Part shown: piece after piece, positions 9,087 to 18,800 of the stretch
Numbering within the stretch: the stretch's first letter is position 1
How the letters are laid out: every line of letters begins with the position of its first letter
Origin: an uncultured Lachnospiraceae bacterium
GTDB taxonomy: Bacteria > Bacillota > Clostridia > Oscillospirales > CAG-272
Direction: 5' to 3'
DNA: 52,486 nt
Assembly: GCA_964525525.1 (NCBI GenBank)
Contig: CAZGHD010000002.1
Location: 1 to 52,486 of the forward strand
Program-made: the position numbers and the translations under genes
Notes under the pieces: generated by a model
The model's database searches: none
Told to the model about the DNA's origin: nothing
What the model saw: only the letters and a program-made list of their open reading frames with translations

Positions 9087-10385
9087 TTACTTTATCTTTC
9101 TGCACTCAAGATAGAATCGCTTATCCTTTGCCTCACCCATTGAGAAGGTCTTTCTCGGGAGCGCGCCCTCGCAGATTACAGACGCAAAAAGCTCGTCTTT
9201 TCTCATACCGTCAAACAGGAATCCGATCGCGTTTTCCGCAGATGCAAGCTCGCGGGTGGAATCCACGCCGTGGATATAATCCACCGTAACACCGGGATGA
9301 GAGGAAATATAGTCGTCTATAAAGAGCTGAAGGCTGCCGACGGTAAGACGGTGAGGCGCGCGTGCAAACGTCAGTTTTTCTTCGCCTGCGCTCCATACGC
9401 AATTTATGCTCTGTTCTATTTCAACACTGTCTTTGCTCTTTTCTGCGGCAAAAATATAGTCTTTGAGAGCGTTTCTCGCGTCATCAACGTCAACACCGAA
9501 CATTACGCGGTAGATAGGCTCAAACTCGAGCGCGGTATCGTGAAGATTTACTATCTCGCAAAGCGCGTATCTCGCGGGATGCTCAAGCGCGGCGTCACCG
9601 AGTTTTTCTTTGATCTCAAGGTAAGACGCCTTGGCCGTTGCAAGAGAATGGTTACCGTCACCAACCGCAAATGCGAGAGGGCTGTAGCCTTTAAGGTTAT
9701 ATTTTTCCGAAAAGCTATCAGTATCAGCAAATTTATGCAGTGCACTTTCAACGTGAGCCATTCCCTCTCCGTCAATAAAGCTACCTTTTATATGACCGCT
9801 TCCGAGCATAAGCTCGAAATCGTATGCAACGTCGTATTTATCATGATCGGCAATCAGTTTGGAGAAAACGGTATTTTCGGGATCGTCGATAAGGATCATT
9901 ACGTGAGGAAGCTCAAGCTCCGCGTCGCGTCTTACCGCAACTCTCGGTGGTATTCTTTCAAGCACAGTCCCCTCTGTCGCGCGGACCTCAGAGGTCGAGC
10001 CCTTGTTATAGTCATAACACTCAAGATCTATTTTTCCGATGATTCCGCGGCGAAGCTTTCCGTCAGACTGCACTCTTTCAACGTAGATCATAGACTCGGG
10101 ATATACCTCGGTGTTCTCCGCATATATCTTTTTCATATCCGAGTTGATCTTTTCGGCACGCACGGCGGCGTTATCCGAAAGGTATATTTCGGGAAGGATC
10201 ATTTTCAAGGTAGACGGCGCGTATCCGACTACTTTTTCTACCTCGTTCCAGTATTTCGGCTCGGAGGTAAACTGATCGCAGGCAATGACCGCCCACTTCT
10301 GCCACGCATCTTTATCGGATGCCTCTATTTTAGGCAGTATTATATCTGCGCGTGAAAAAATGTTTTTCATAAAATCGGTCTCCAT
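9087..10385 (-). CDS. DUF1015-like protein
   Basis: 432 aa. AVIACDQFTSEPKYW and VGDGNHSLATAKA resemble clostridial DUF1015 members (family call from memory). The long + ORF 9270..10355 is its shadow. Confidence 0.5.
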   Translation of the reverse strand: METDFMKNIFSRADIILPKIEASDKDAWQKWAVIACDQFTSEPKYWNEVEKVVGYAPSTLKMILPEIYLSDNAAVRAEKINSDMKKIYAENTEVYPESMIYVERVQSDGKLRRGIIGKIDLECYDYNKGSTSEVRATEGTVLERIPPRVAVRRDAELELPHVMILIDDPENTVFSKLIADHDKYDVAYDFELMLGSGHIKGSFIDGEGMAHVESALHKFADTDSFSEKYNLKGYSPLAFAVGDGNHSLATAKASYLEIKEKLGDAALEHPARYALCEIVNLHDTALEFEPIYRVMFGVDVDDARNALKDYIFAAEKSKDSVEIEQSINCVWSAGEEKLTFARAPHRLTVGSLQLFIDDYISSHPGVTVDYIHGVDSTRELASAENAIGFLFDGMRKDELFASVICEGALPRKTFSMGEAKDKRFYLECRKIK

Positions 10386-10504
10386 ACGGTAATTTTGTTA
10401 TTATTTTTAATTAGTTTAGTCACTATATACAATATCATACACTACTATTTGTCATAAAGCAAGATTTAATTTCGAATATAATCTTTTTTTTACATTTTTG
10501 TCAC

Positions 10505-10533
10505 TTGAAGTGGCTTTTTTTATGTTATATAAT
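10505..10533 (+). promoter_or_regulatory. Candidate promoter of the ABC exporter gene
   Basis: TTGAAG (10505-10510), a 17-nt spacer, then TATAAT (10528-10533), in an AT-rich divergent intergenic region. Confidence 0.5.
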
Positions 10534-10568
10534 ATTAAGTGTAGTATATTTTGAAAGGATGATGTGTT

Positions 10569-12596
10569 ATGGGACCCGGTTTCGGTCCGCCTCCCGGAAG
10601 ATGGGGAGTTGATGAGTCACTCAAAAAGAAGCCTCCGAAAAAGCTATCGGAGTGGCCAAAGTACTTAAAGGAACTTATCGGAGGATTTTTCTTCCGCCTG
10701 TTTTACGTTTTCGGACTCGTGTGGGAAGCACGACCGTGGATACTTTTCGTTATGCTTTTCATGTCGGTATTCAACGGTATCAGTCCGATAATTTCCGCGC
10801 TGATCTCCGCTAACCTTATAAACGCTCTCGTCGGAGGTATCACGGGCGAGACTGCAAGCTTTAACACCGTTGCAGGACTACTCGCGCTTCAGTTCGGGTA
10901 TATGATATTCACGCGGATTATTAACAGCCTTGACGGAATAGTAACGAGAATCTCAAACGAGGTCGTCGTAAATCACATAAAGCTGAAGATAATAAACAAG
11001 GCGAAAACCCTTGATATGCGTAACTTCGACATTCCCGAATTCTACGCGAAGCTGGAAAATGCTAACAGAGAGGCCGGTCACCGCCCTCTGCAAATACTCA
11101 GCTCTACCTTTGGTATAGTCAGTACGATAATCAGCGTAGTCAGCTTTATCGCTATCCTTGTCGTAATAAGTCCGTGGGCACCTGTGATCATTACCCTGCT
11201 CGCAATTCCCAGCGCGGTCATCAACTTTATTTACAGAAAAAAGAACGTAGCGTATATGCGCCACCGCTCAAAAGAGCGCAGACAGATGGAGTATTACTCA
11301 AACGTTCTCGTAAACAAAGATATGGTCAAGGAGATCAGAATTTTCAATCTTTCAGATTTCTTTGTAGACCGTTTCAAGGATGCGTTTAATAGATATTTCA
11401 CCGGTCTGAAAAAGCTGATAATGTCGGAAAATGCATGGCATATCGGTCTCACCGTGCTTTCCGCGGTGGTAAACTGTATACTGTTTCTTTATATCGCGCA
11501 AAAGGTGTTTTACGGTGAGCTTGACGTCGGTGACTATTCGCTTTACACCGGCGCGCTCAATTCAATATCGAGTGGTGTTTCATCCTTTATATCCACCACC
11601 GCAACGATATACGAGGGCTCGTTGTTTATCGAAAATCTCATCACCTTTATGAAGGAAAAAACAACGATAGTCCCCTCTATTCCCGAGCCCGCAAAGCCCG
11701 AACGCGGTACGAGCCACACGATAGAGTTCAGAGGTGTAAATTTCCGTTATCCCGGTACCGAGAGATTCGTTATCAAGAATATGAACTTTGTTCTCCGTCC
11801 AGGCGAGACCTGCGTGCTCGTAGGACTTAACGGTGCGGGAAAAACCACGCTTATTAAGCTTCTAACCCGTCTTTACGACCCGACCGACGGAGACATTCTG
11901 CTCGACGGCAGAAATATCAAGGAATACGACGTTACCGAGCTTTACGATATTTTCGGAATCATATTCCAGGATTTCGGAAAATACGCGTTCAGCGTAAGTG
12001 AGAATATCGCGTTCGGCCAGCTTTCAAAGGGTATCGTTGACGAGGACATCAAGTCAGCGGCGGCACAGAGTGACGCAACCGACTTTATTGACAAGCTCCC
12101 CGACAAGTACGACACTCCGCTTATGCGAATGTTTGAGGAAAACGGAATCGAGCTGTCAGGCGGTCAATGGCAGAAACTTGCCATCGCGCGCGCGTTTTAC
12201 GGTGAGTCGGATATTTTGATCCTTGACGAACCCACCGCATCTCTCGACCCGATGGCGGAGCAGGAGATTTTCAATCAGTTTGATAATCTCAGAAAAGATA
12301 AGACCACGATATTCGTTTCGCACAGACTTTCAAGCGCGACCACCGCGTCAAAGATACTCGTTCTTGAAAACGGCGAGCTGGTCGAGCAAGGAACTCACGC
12401 CGAGCTCATGGCGGCAGGCGGAAAATATTACACCCTGTTCTCAACTCAGGCAAAAAGATATATTGAGAACTCGCAAAAGGAAGAAGAACCCGAGCCTCCG
12501 TTCGGCAACTTCCCGCCTAAGGGAATGCATCCCATTCGCGGCGGGGCAGCCGAGGGATCGCCGCCTCACGGCAGACCTCCGCGCGATCGGGAATAA
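10569..12596 (+). CDS. ABC exporter, fused permease + ATPase (type I exporter, MsbA/MdlB-like half transporter)
   Basis: Six-TM N-terminal half. Walker A GLNGAGKTT, signature LSGGQWQKLAIARA, Walker B ILILDEPTASLD, H-loop SHRL. Pro/Gly-rich N- and C-terminal tails. Confidence 0.9.
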   Translation: MGPGFGPPPGRWGVDESLKKKPPKKLSEWPKYLKELIGGFFFRLFYVFGLVWEARPWILFVMLFMSVFNGISPIISALISANLINALVGGITGETASFNTVAGLLALQFGYMIFTRIINSLDGIVTRISNEVVVNHIKLKIINKAKTLDMRNFDIPEFYAKLENANREAGHRPLQILSSTFGIVSTIISVVSFIAILVVISPWAPVIITLLAIPSAVINFIYRKKNVAYMRHRSKERRQMEYYSNVLVNKDMVKEIRIFNLSDFFVDRFKDAFNRYFTGLKKLIMSENAWHIGLTVLSAVVNCILFLYIAQKVFYGELDVGDYSLYTGALNSISSGVSSFISTTATIYEGSLFIENLITFMKEKTTIVPSIPEPAKPERGTSHTIEFRGVNFRYPGTERFVIKNMNFVLRPGETCVLVGLNGAGKTTLIKLLTRLYDPTDGDILLDGRNIKEYDVTELYDIFGIIFQDFGKYAFSVSENIAFGQLSKGIVDEDIKSAAAQSDATDFIDKLPDKYDTPLMRMFEENGIELSGGQWQKLAIARAFYGESDILILDEPTASLDPMAEQEIFNQFDNLRKDKTTIFVSHRLSSATTASKILVLENGELVEQGTHAELMAAGGKYYTLFSTQAKRYIENSQKEEEPEPPFGNFPPKGMHPIRGGAAEGSPPHGRPPRDRE

Positions 12597-12608
12597 AACA
12601 AATACAAA

Positions 12609-12635
12609 AGGTGCACTTTTTCGTGCACCTTTTTG
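12609..12635. terminator. Bidirectional terminator between convergent genes
   Basis: AGGTGCAC-tttttc-GTGCACCT hairpin flanked by an A-run upstream and a T-run downstream. It closes both the ABC gene and the long minus-strand array. Confidence 0.8.
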
Positions 12636-12642
12636 TTATTGC

Positions 12643-14421
12643 TTATTCTTTATAACTCATATCCGGAACGTAACCGCGTTTAAGTTTGATCTTAAATACG
12701 ATGTAAACCGTCACGCCGACGATAATGACAGCGCCGATCATTACGACCGCAAGAATCTGCGACACCTGACCGAAATTAAGTCCCCACGAGGATTTTCTGC
12801 CGGTGATAACGTATTCTATCTGCTCCACCTGCTCCATCGCAGGATATTCGCTTTTGAGCTCGTCGGGGATGATAACGTTCTCGGGAGCACCCGGAGCCAA
12901 TCCGCGGTCAACGACGTTTATACCTATAAGGTACTCATTGCCTTTGAAAACACTGCCAAGATAGAAGTGAGCTATGCCCTCGCCGTCAATAACCGTTGCC
13001 TGCATGCGGGTATACCCTTCTTTCTCGGGAGAGAAAAACACAGCGGTCTGGCGTGCCTGATCTTTACCGATAGGAAGATGTACTTCCACCTTAAAGTTAA
13101 GATCCGAATCAAAAACAAGCATATAGCCGCTAAGCCCAAGAACCTCTGCCTGTTCTTCGTTCAAATCGGATATTTTCGTAAGCTTATAGGAAAGATCGTA
13201 ACTGTCATTGAGATTTTTCTCAACGAGATCAGTACCTTTGAACTGCCAAACAGCGCCCTGACTCGTGTGCAAGGAGACCTCGGCGTCCTTATTTGTAAAT
13301 ACGTTGAGCTCTTTACTTGTAATATCGGCATCACCTTTAAGGTAGATATCAATATTCATAGTCTCTTTTTTGGCAGCGTATTCACGCTCCTGCATAGCAT
13401 CAACCATTTTGTCTTTGAACTCGTTCCAACCGTCGGAGTTTTCTATGGTAGCGTTTATTTTTATTTCGGCAGTCTGGGAGCCGTTACCCTTCGTGTGGGT
13501 AAGTTCTGTATGTATAGCGCTGTTTTCCGTCTCTTTGTATCCGGTGCTTACCGATACGGAATTACCGTTTTCATCTGTTTCGGTTCTTTCGTATTCAATT
13601 TCAGTGCCGGACGAAACGTCGGAATTGGGTTTAAAATCGGTAACGGTATACGGAAGCCTTTCTTTCACGCCGTCGCCGGAGTTACCGACCGAAACCGAAC
13701 CAAGAGCGGGACAGTCGTGAAATGCGGAAACTCCGACGCCAGAAACGGAGGAAGAAAGCGATACCGACGTAAGCTTGTTACATCCGTAGAAGGTCCAGTA
13801 AGGAAGCTCGGAAATATTCGCAAGCACCACGGCGCTCTCAAGTGAGTAGCAGTAGGTGAACACCGACGGCTCAAGAAGCGTGACCGATGCGGGAATAGTT
13901 ATAGCAACCAAGCTCTCGCAACGGAAGAACGCTTCGGCGCGGATAGTGGTCACGCTTGACGGTATGCGGACGGAAGCAAGAGAGGTACAAAGCTCAAACG
14001 CGCTTTCCCCTATTTCTTTTACTCCGTAGCAAATATCCGCCATTTCAAGCGAGGAGCAGCCGTAAAACGCCCAGCCGCCTATTTTTTCGACCGAGCCGGC
14101 AACAGATACCGCGCCTATCTTTTCAAGGCAGAAGAAGGCAAAGTCACCAACGTGGGTAACCCCGTCCTCTATTTTTACCGAGAGGATAGCATCGGCATAG
14201 TCTGCCCAAGGAGCGGGCGAAAACTCACCGTAGTCGTCCATCGCGCCTGAGCCGGAGACGGTAAGTACACCGCCGTCAAGCGACCAGGAAACCCCTTCCC
14301 CGCACTCACCGCTTGCTTCTGCTGCTTGTGCCGAGATTGGCACAAGTGAGAGGATAACAAGCAACATAAGGAGGATAGCCATGATCCGACTTGTATTATA
14401 TTTAATTTTTAAGTTTCGCAT
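12643..14421 (-). CDS. BspA-type leucine-rich-repeat surface protein with signal peptide and C-terminal TM anchor
   Basis: Signal peptide MAILLMLLVILSLVPISAQA. About 7 repeats of the ~23-aa pattern (V..IG..AF..C.SL..V.IP.SV), as in LRR_5/BspA. C-terminal helix ILAVVMIGAVIIVGVTVYIVF followed by KIKLKR. Confidence 0.8.
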   Translation of the reverse strand: MRNLKIKYNTSRIMAILLMLLVILSLVPISAQAAEASGECGEGVSWSLDGGVLTVSGSGAMDDYGEFSPAPWADYADAILSVKIEDGVTHVGDFAFFCLEKIGAVSVAGSVEKIGGWAFYGCSSLEMADICYGVKEIGESAFELCTSLASVRIPSSVTTIRAEAFFRCESLVAITIPASVTLLEPSVFTYCYSLESAVVLANISELPYWTFYGCNKLTSVSLSSSVSGVGVSAFHDCPALGSVSVGNSGDGVKERLPYTVTDFKPNSDVSSGTEIEYERTETDENGNSVSVSTGYKETENSAIHTELTHTKGNGSQTAEIKINATIENSDGWNEFKDKMVDAMQEREYAAKKETMNIDIYLKGDADITSKELNVFTNKDAEVSLHTSQGAVWQFKGTDLVEKNLNDSYDLSYKLTKISDLNEEQAEVLGLSGYMLVFDSDLNFKVEVHLPIGKDQARQTAVFFSPEKEGYTRMQATVIDGEGIAHFYLGSVFKGNEYLIGINVVDRGLAPGAPENVIIPDELKSEYPAMEQVEQIEYVITGRKSSWGLNFGQVSQILAVVMIGAVIIVGVTVYIVFKIKLKRGYVPDMSYKE

Positions 14422-14493
14422 AGTAGCCTCCTAAAATTTTTATTATTCTTTTTAGCGTAATTCCCACATTATCAATAAATAAGCTTCAAATGC

Positions 14494-15123
14494 TTACCGC
14501 TTCGGTTTTTCTCTTAAGCGAGGAAGCGCCCGACACACATATACAATAATAAAAAGCAAATCTAAAACCGACAATAATATGCAAATGCTATTTATGATAT
14601 AATTTCCTTTTCCCAAATAAACGAAAATTGCAACTAAATCAGCACAAAACTTCGATACAAATGCAAATAAAGCTATAGGTCTGAATGGATATTCTGCTTT
14701 AAATATATAAGCGAACCAAACCAATACACCAATAAAAGTATTGAAATAGGATAGAAAAAACATTTGATTCATATATGCTATCGCAATAAATATAAAACAA
14801 GTTAAAATTATTATTGACACAATATATAATAATCTTTGTTTATGTTTTATGTATCCTTGTCTTATAATCACAGCAATGATTGTAATTTCTATAAATGCCC
14901 AATATAAATAAGCAATAACCGCATAATTCAATTTCGCTCCTGCAAATAAAAAATATATGCAAACAGAAAATTCAAATGGTGCTATGATTGCTTGTGTTAT
15001 AGGAGAAATTAAGGGAAACTTATATAAAATAGTTCCAATAAGAACCAATGTATAAGTTAAAATCCAGAATACACACATTATTGTATCTAAGAAGCTTGTT
15101 ATCGTATTCATAATAATTGACAA
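14494..15123 (-). CDS. Polytopic membrane protein, unknown function (low-GC)
   Basis: 209 aa, about 6 hydrophobic helices, very AT-rich coding sequence. Its start abuts the upstream gene's stop (15123/15124). Confidence 0.6.
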   Translation of the reverse strand: MSIIMNTITSFLDTIMCVFWILTYTLVLIGTILYKFPLISPITQAIIAPFEFSVCIYFLFAGAKLNYAVIAYLYWAFIEITIIAVIIRQGYIKHKQRLLYIVSIIILTCFIFIAIAYMNQMFFLSYFNTFIGVLVWFAYIFKAEYPFRPIALFAFVSKFCADLVAIFVYLGKGNYIINSICILLSVLDLLFIIVYVCRALPRLREKPKR

Positions 15124-15792
15124 TTAATTTTTAAGCATTCTCAATTTTTGTTTTCTTTTCAATATGAGAAGTATAAAAATACCAACAGCAATAGACAGTA
15201 AACTCCACAAAGAACCATTCGCAAGCCCCAAAAATACCGGCGTGGTCTCTCGCAATAAATTAAGAACAAATCTACTACAACCATATATTATCATATACCA
15301 CCAATAAATACTACCTTTTTTATTTGGCTTGTGAGATAAATACAATAATATAAAAGCGATAACGAGGGCATTGAACAGTTCGACTATTTGGCTCGGGAAC
15401 CGTACTGCAACTCCTTCTGCGGTAGTAAATAATATTCTGCCGTCGCAACACCCGCATACTGCACATTGAATTTTCATAATACACAGCATAACACATTCAG
15501 CAGGTGCACAAAGATCCATTAATATGGTATACGGAATATGAACAATAAGCGATACTATAACAAATATTATTGGCACAAAAAACACCGCACCAAAGAATGA
15601 TATTCCGCCAACTATACCCGTTTCTATAAAATACATCAAATATGTACCTACTGTACCGATTATGGTAAGAAGAACAGATATAACTATGCTCTTCCATAAT
15701 TTAAGTCCATACCATTTCATCTGCATCAAGATCGGGATTGTCATTAATACAGTTCCAATAGCAAGGAACAAGATTAAGCGTAGGGAAATCAT
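15124..15792 (-). CDS. Prolipoprotein diacylglyceryl transferase (Lgt)-family membrane protein, divergent
   Basis: GGISFFGAVFFVP, VRFPSQIVELFNALVIAFILLYL and IIYGCSRFVLNLLRE parallel the Lgt blocks GGxSFHGG, RHPSQLYE and YGxxRFxxEFxR. The usual RxGNFxNGE block is replaced by a Cys-rich KIQCAVCGCCDGR. Good RBS aaaaggag. Confidence 0.55.
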   Translation of the reverse strand: MISLRLILFLAIGTVLMTIPILMQMKWYGLKLWKSIVISVLLTIIGTVGTYLMYFIETGIVGGISFFGAVFFVPIIFVIVSLIVHIPYTILMDLCAPAECVMLCIMKIQCAVCGCCDGRILFTTAEGVAVRFPSQIVELFNALVIAFILLYLSHKPNKKGSIYWWYMIIYGCSRFVLNLLRETTPVFLGLANGSLWSLLSIAVGIFILLILKRKQKLRMLKN

Positions 15793-15830
15793 TTATTTTC
15801 TCCTTTTATAACACAAACAATTATTGAACA

Positions 15831-18800
15831 TCATTCTACAAGTGTCCACTCGGTAACTATATCAGCCTTATCAGTCACTACAACATTACCATTTTTATAC
15901 TTCTGTTCTTTGCTAACGTCTTTATACATATACTGAACAACAGTACTTCCGCTAAGTTCACTTTGTTCTTTAATAACAGTATTCAATGTTATATTTGCTA
16001 TAGATGTTGTTGTAGAAGAGATACTGACCGAAGCGCCTGATGTAACTGAAAACTCACCAACCTTCCAATTTACTGCCGTGTATGTATCTGTGTAAATTGT
16101 TCTTGTTCCACTCACCGTACCTATTCTTTCATATTTTTGATAAATATCGTAATAAGTAACATTATCATATCCGCAACCATTCAACTCTTGTTTGGTATAT
16201 TCATAATTTATATATTCTCCTTTTGCGGTTCCGTTCTCATTGCCACTATAGTCCGCCTCGCTATATGAATCTACCGTTCTATTTACCGACTTTGTAATGT
16301 TAGGTAACGATACATTAAACTGTCTACCATCAGGGCTGATTACGTATGCAGGACTTGTGCCACCCGTGCTAACAGTAAACGCATTTCCTTTACTATCAGT
16401 AGCGCTTATAGTATTCGGCATATCAACATTAGTCGTATCAACATCCAGGGTAAGGTAAAGAGGACTATGTTGCTGATTAATAATAACATCATGCGCCAAA
16501 TTAACCGTATATGTTACATTATCATACACCATTTTTATACTGTCTACGGTTTGATGCAAAGCACTCTCGGCCCAACCATAGGTAACTATTGCCCATCCTG
16601 TTCCAGCAGCTCCAATTTGCTGTGTGGATTCTTCCCCTTCTTTTATGAATGTATATTCTCGATCATATTCAGTAGAATTATCTTGCCTTTTCTCACCGTT
16701 CATTACTACGAATGACGCAGAATTTGCTTTACCAAAATTTGATATTTTAGTTGTTATGTTTGGACAAGAATATTCAGTATTTGATTTTGCGCTTATATAT
16801 ACATTTGCGTAATAATCTTCAAAGTAGTTCTGAACTCCCGATAATTCATTCCAAGCATATGTATAATCGCCAAGATTAACAGAGAATGTTGGGTTAGAAA
16901 TAGAATCTTTTGTTGCATCAGTAACAGCAGTAATCTTCACATCAGGCAAAGTCCAAGTTACTCTAATATCATTAGCCGTAAACGTGTTACCACCCTGTAC
17001 TTCAAAGCGAGAAAGATCGTACGTATCGTCACCTATCTTTATTTCAAACGTACATTTATACGTTCCATGAAGCTGGAAGTTCATTACTTCCGGCATTGCA
17101 AACGTCTTTCCGTCATTGCTCTTGGTTGCAGAGAATTCTGTATTAGGTAACGTCGTTCCGCTCGGCACTGTAAATACACCGTTAGTAGAAGAATCCCACT
17201 TGTAAGTAAGGTTAACTTCGGCACCTTCTATAGCATTATTAAAGTAGTCAGTTATGGTAATTGTCATATTTTCAACCTTATGATCTACCATAAAAGCACC
17301 GTAATAATTGGGTGAAAGAATACCATCCAGAAGTGTACCGGGCTGATTTTCTACGCTAAACTTAACGGTAGTAAAGAAATCTGTAGTAAGATTTCCTTCA
17401 TCATTTTCAAGGAACTCACCAAGATCAAGCCAACCGGTAGCGCCATCAGTCTCGGTGTCGCCATCGTAATAGGTACCGTTATAGAATACGTTAGCAACCT
17501 TCATGCCTTTAATAGTCCACTTACCGTCGTGCGGCAAACCGCTTGACCCTACTCCACCATTTTCGTTTAATATAACAGGTACGAATTTGGTTATTCCCGT
17601 AGCCTCATCTGTTCCGATGGACGAGCCGTTAAAGGTATAAACTTTATCGCCCTCGTCCTCGTTCTTAATCTCGAAAAGAACAGAAGCAGATTCTGCGTTC
17701 TTAAGTGCTACCGCCATTTCTCTGTAAGTAGCACCAATATCGGTAACACTACCCGGATTAATATCTACCCCGTTAATCTTAGCACCTACGTACTCCATAG
17801 GAACAGGCGAAATAGCGGTCAATTTAGGTGCCGCAGTTGCGGAATAGATGATACTCTTATTCTCACCGGTACCTATCTCAAGATTCTGGAAAGAATATGC
17901 GCCGGGTCTATTAAGGGTAAATTCGCCCTCATATCTTTCGGAATATGCGTTCCAGGTCATATTACTGTCAAGACGGTTGACCACAGACGCACCGATACCA
18001 TAGTGAAGTACAACGTCAGACAGGTTTGTCATAAGATTGCCCTTATCGTCAGTTATAGTACAGGAAACGTCCATAAACAGCGGCTCTGAAGCGTCGTATG
18101 TAATAGTATAGCCGGTAGAGGTAGCAGTCATAGGGAATTTGCCTTCCTTACCGTATTCCGCGTCGTACAGTGCCTGCTTTTCGTCGGCATACTTTTCATT
18201 TATCGCGGTTATTGCCGCCGCTATTTCTTCCTCGGTTGCATTGGGGTTTGCCGTTTTATACTCTGCTGTCTCGGCAGCTATTTTATTTTCAATGAGCTCG
18301 AGGGATTCCGCGTATGCCTCGGTCATGGGCAGACTGAGGAAGACCTGTGTTTTAAGACCAAGGAACAGCTCGAGTGACTTATGCATATCGGCATCAAGCG
18401 GAACGTACGAACCGTCGATAATAACGTAGGTCATAGTATACTTACCCGAAGTGGTAAAGTTAGTTGTAGCAACCCAGCCGTTATTGGTCTGCACGTAATC
18501 AACGGTTACGTTCTGACCGCCGTCATGCGCAAACACGCCCTGTACCTTAGACGCAGTCATACCCGTACTGGTCTTGAGGGTAAGGGTAGATGCAAGCTGA
18601 TAGTAAGAATCCGCCGTCATTACCTTTTTACTTGACGCACCGTCCCAACCGTTACAGGTCAAACTTTCAACGGTAAGTCCGGGGATTTCAACGGTGATAA
18701 CGTTGGACTCTTCAAGCGGATAGTCAACGCCGTTTATTCTTATATTTCTGAGTTTGAAGTTACCGGGGCCGTTAAATGTAACGTCTGCCGTCCAGGTACT

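Noticed and set aside
9270-10355. 361-aa + strand ORF
   Set aside because: It is antisense to the DUF1015-like gene, its composition is dominated by R/F/K/I/C, and it has no RBS.
12223-13845. 540-aa + strand ORF spanning the ABC 3' end, the terminator and the LRR gene
   Set aside because: It is out of frame inside a well-supported ABC ATPase domain, reads through a strong bidirectional terminator, and is antisense to the LRR gene.
14494-15792. Mobile element, IS or prophage remnant explaining the low-GC block
   Set aside because: No transposase, integrase, inverted terminal repeats or flanking direct repeats could be seen. It is reported only as a compositional anomaly.
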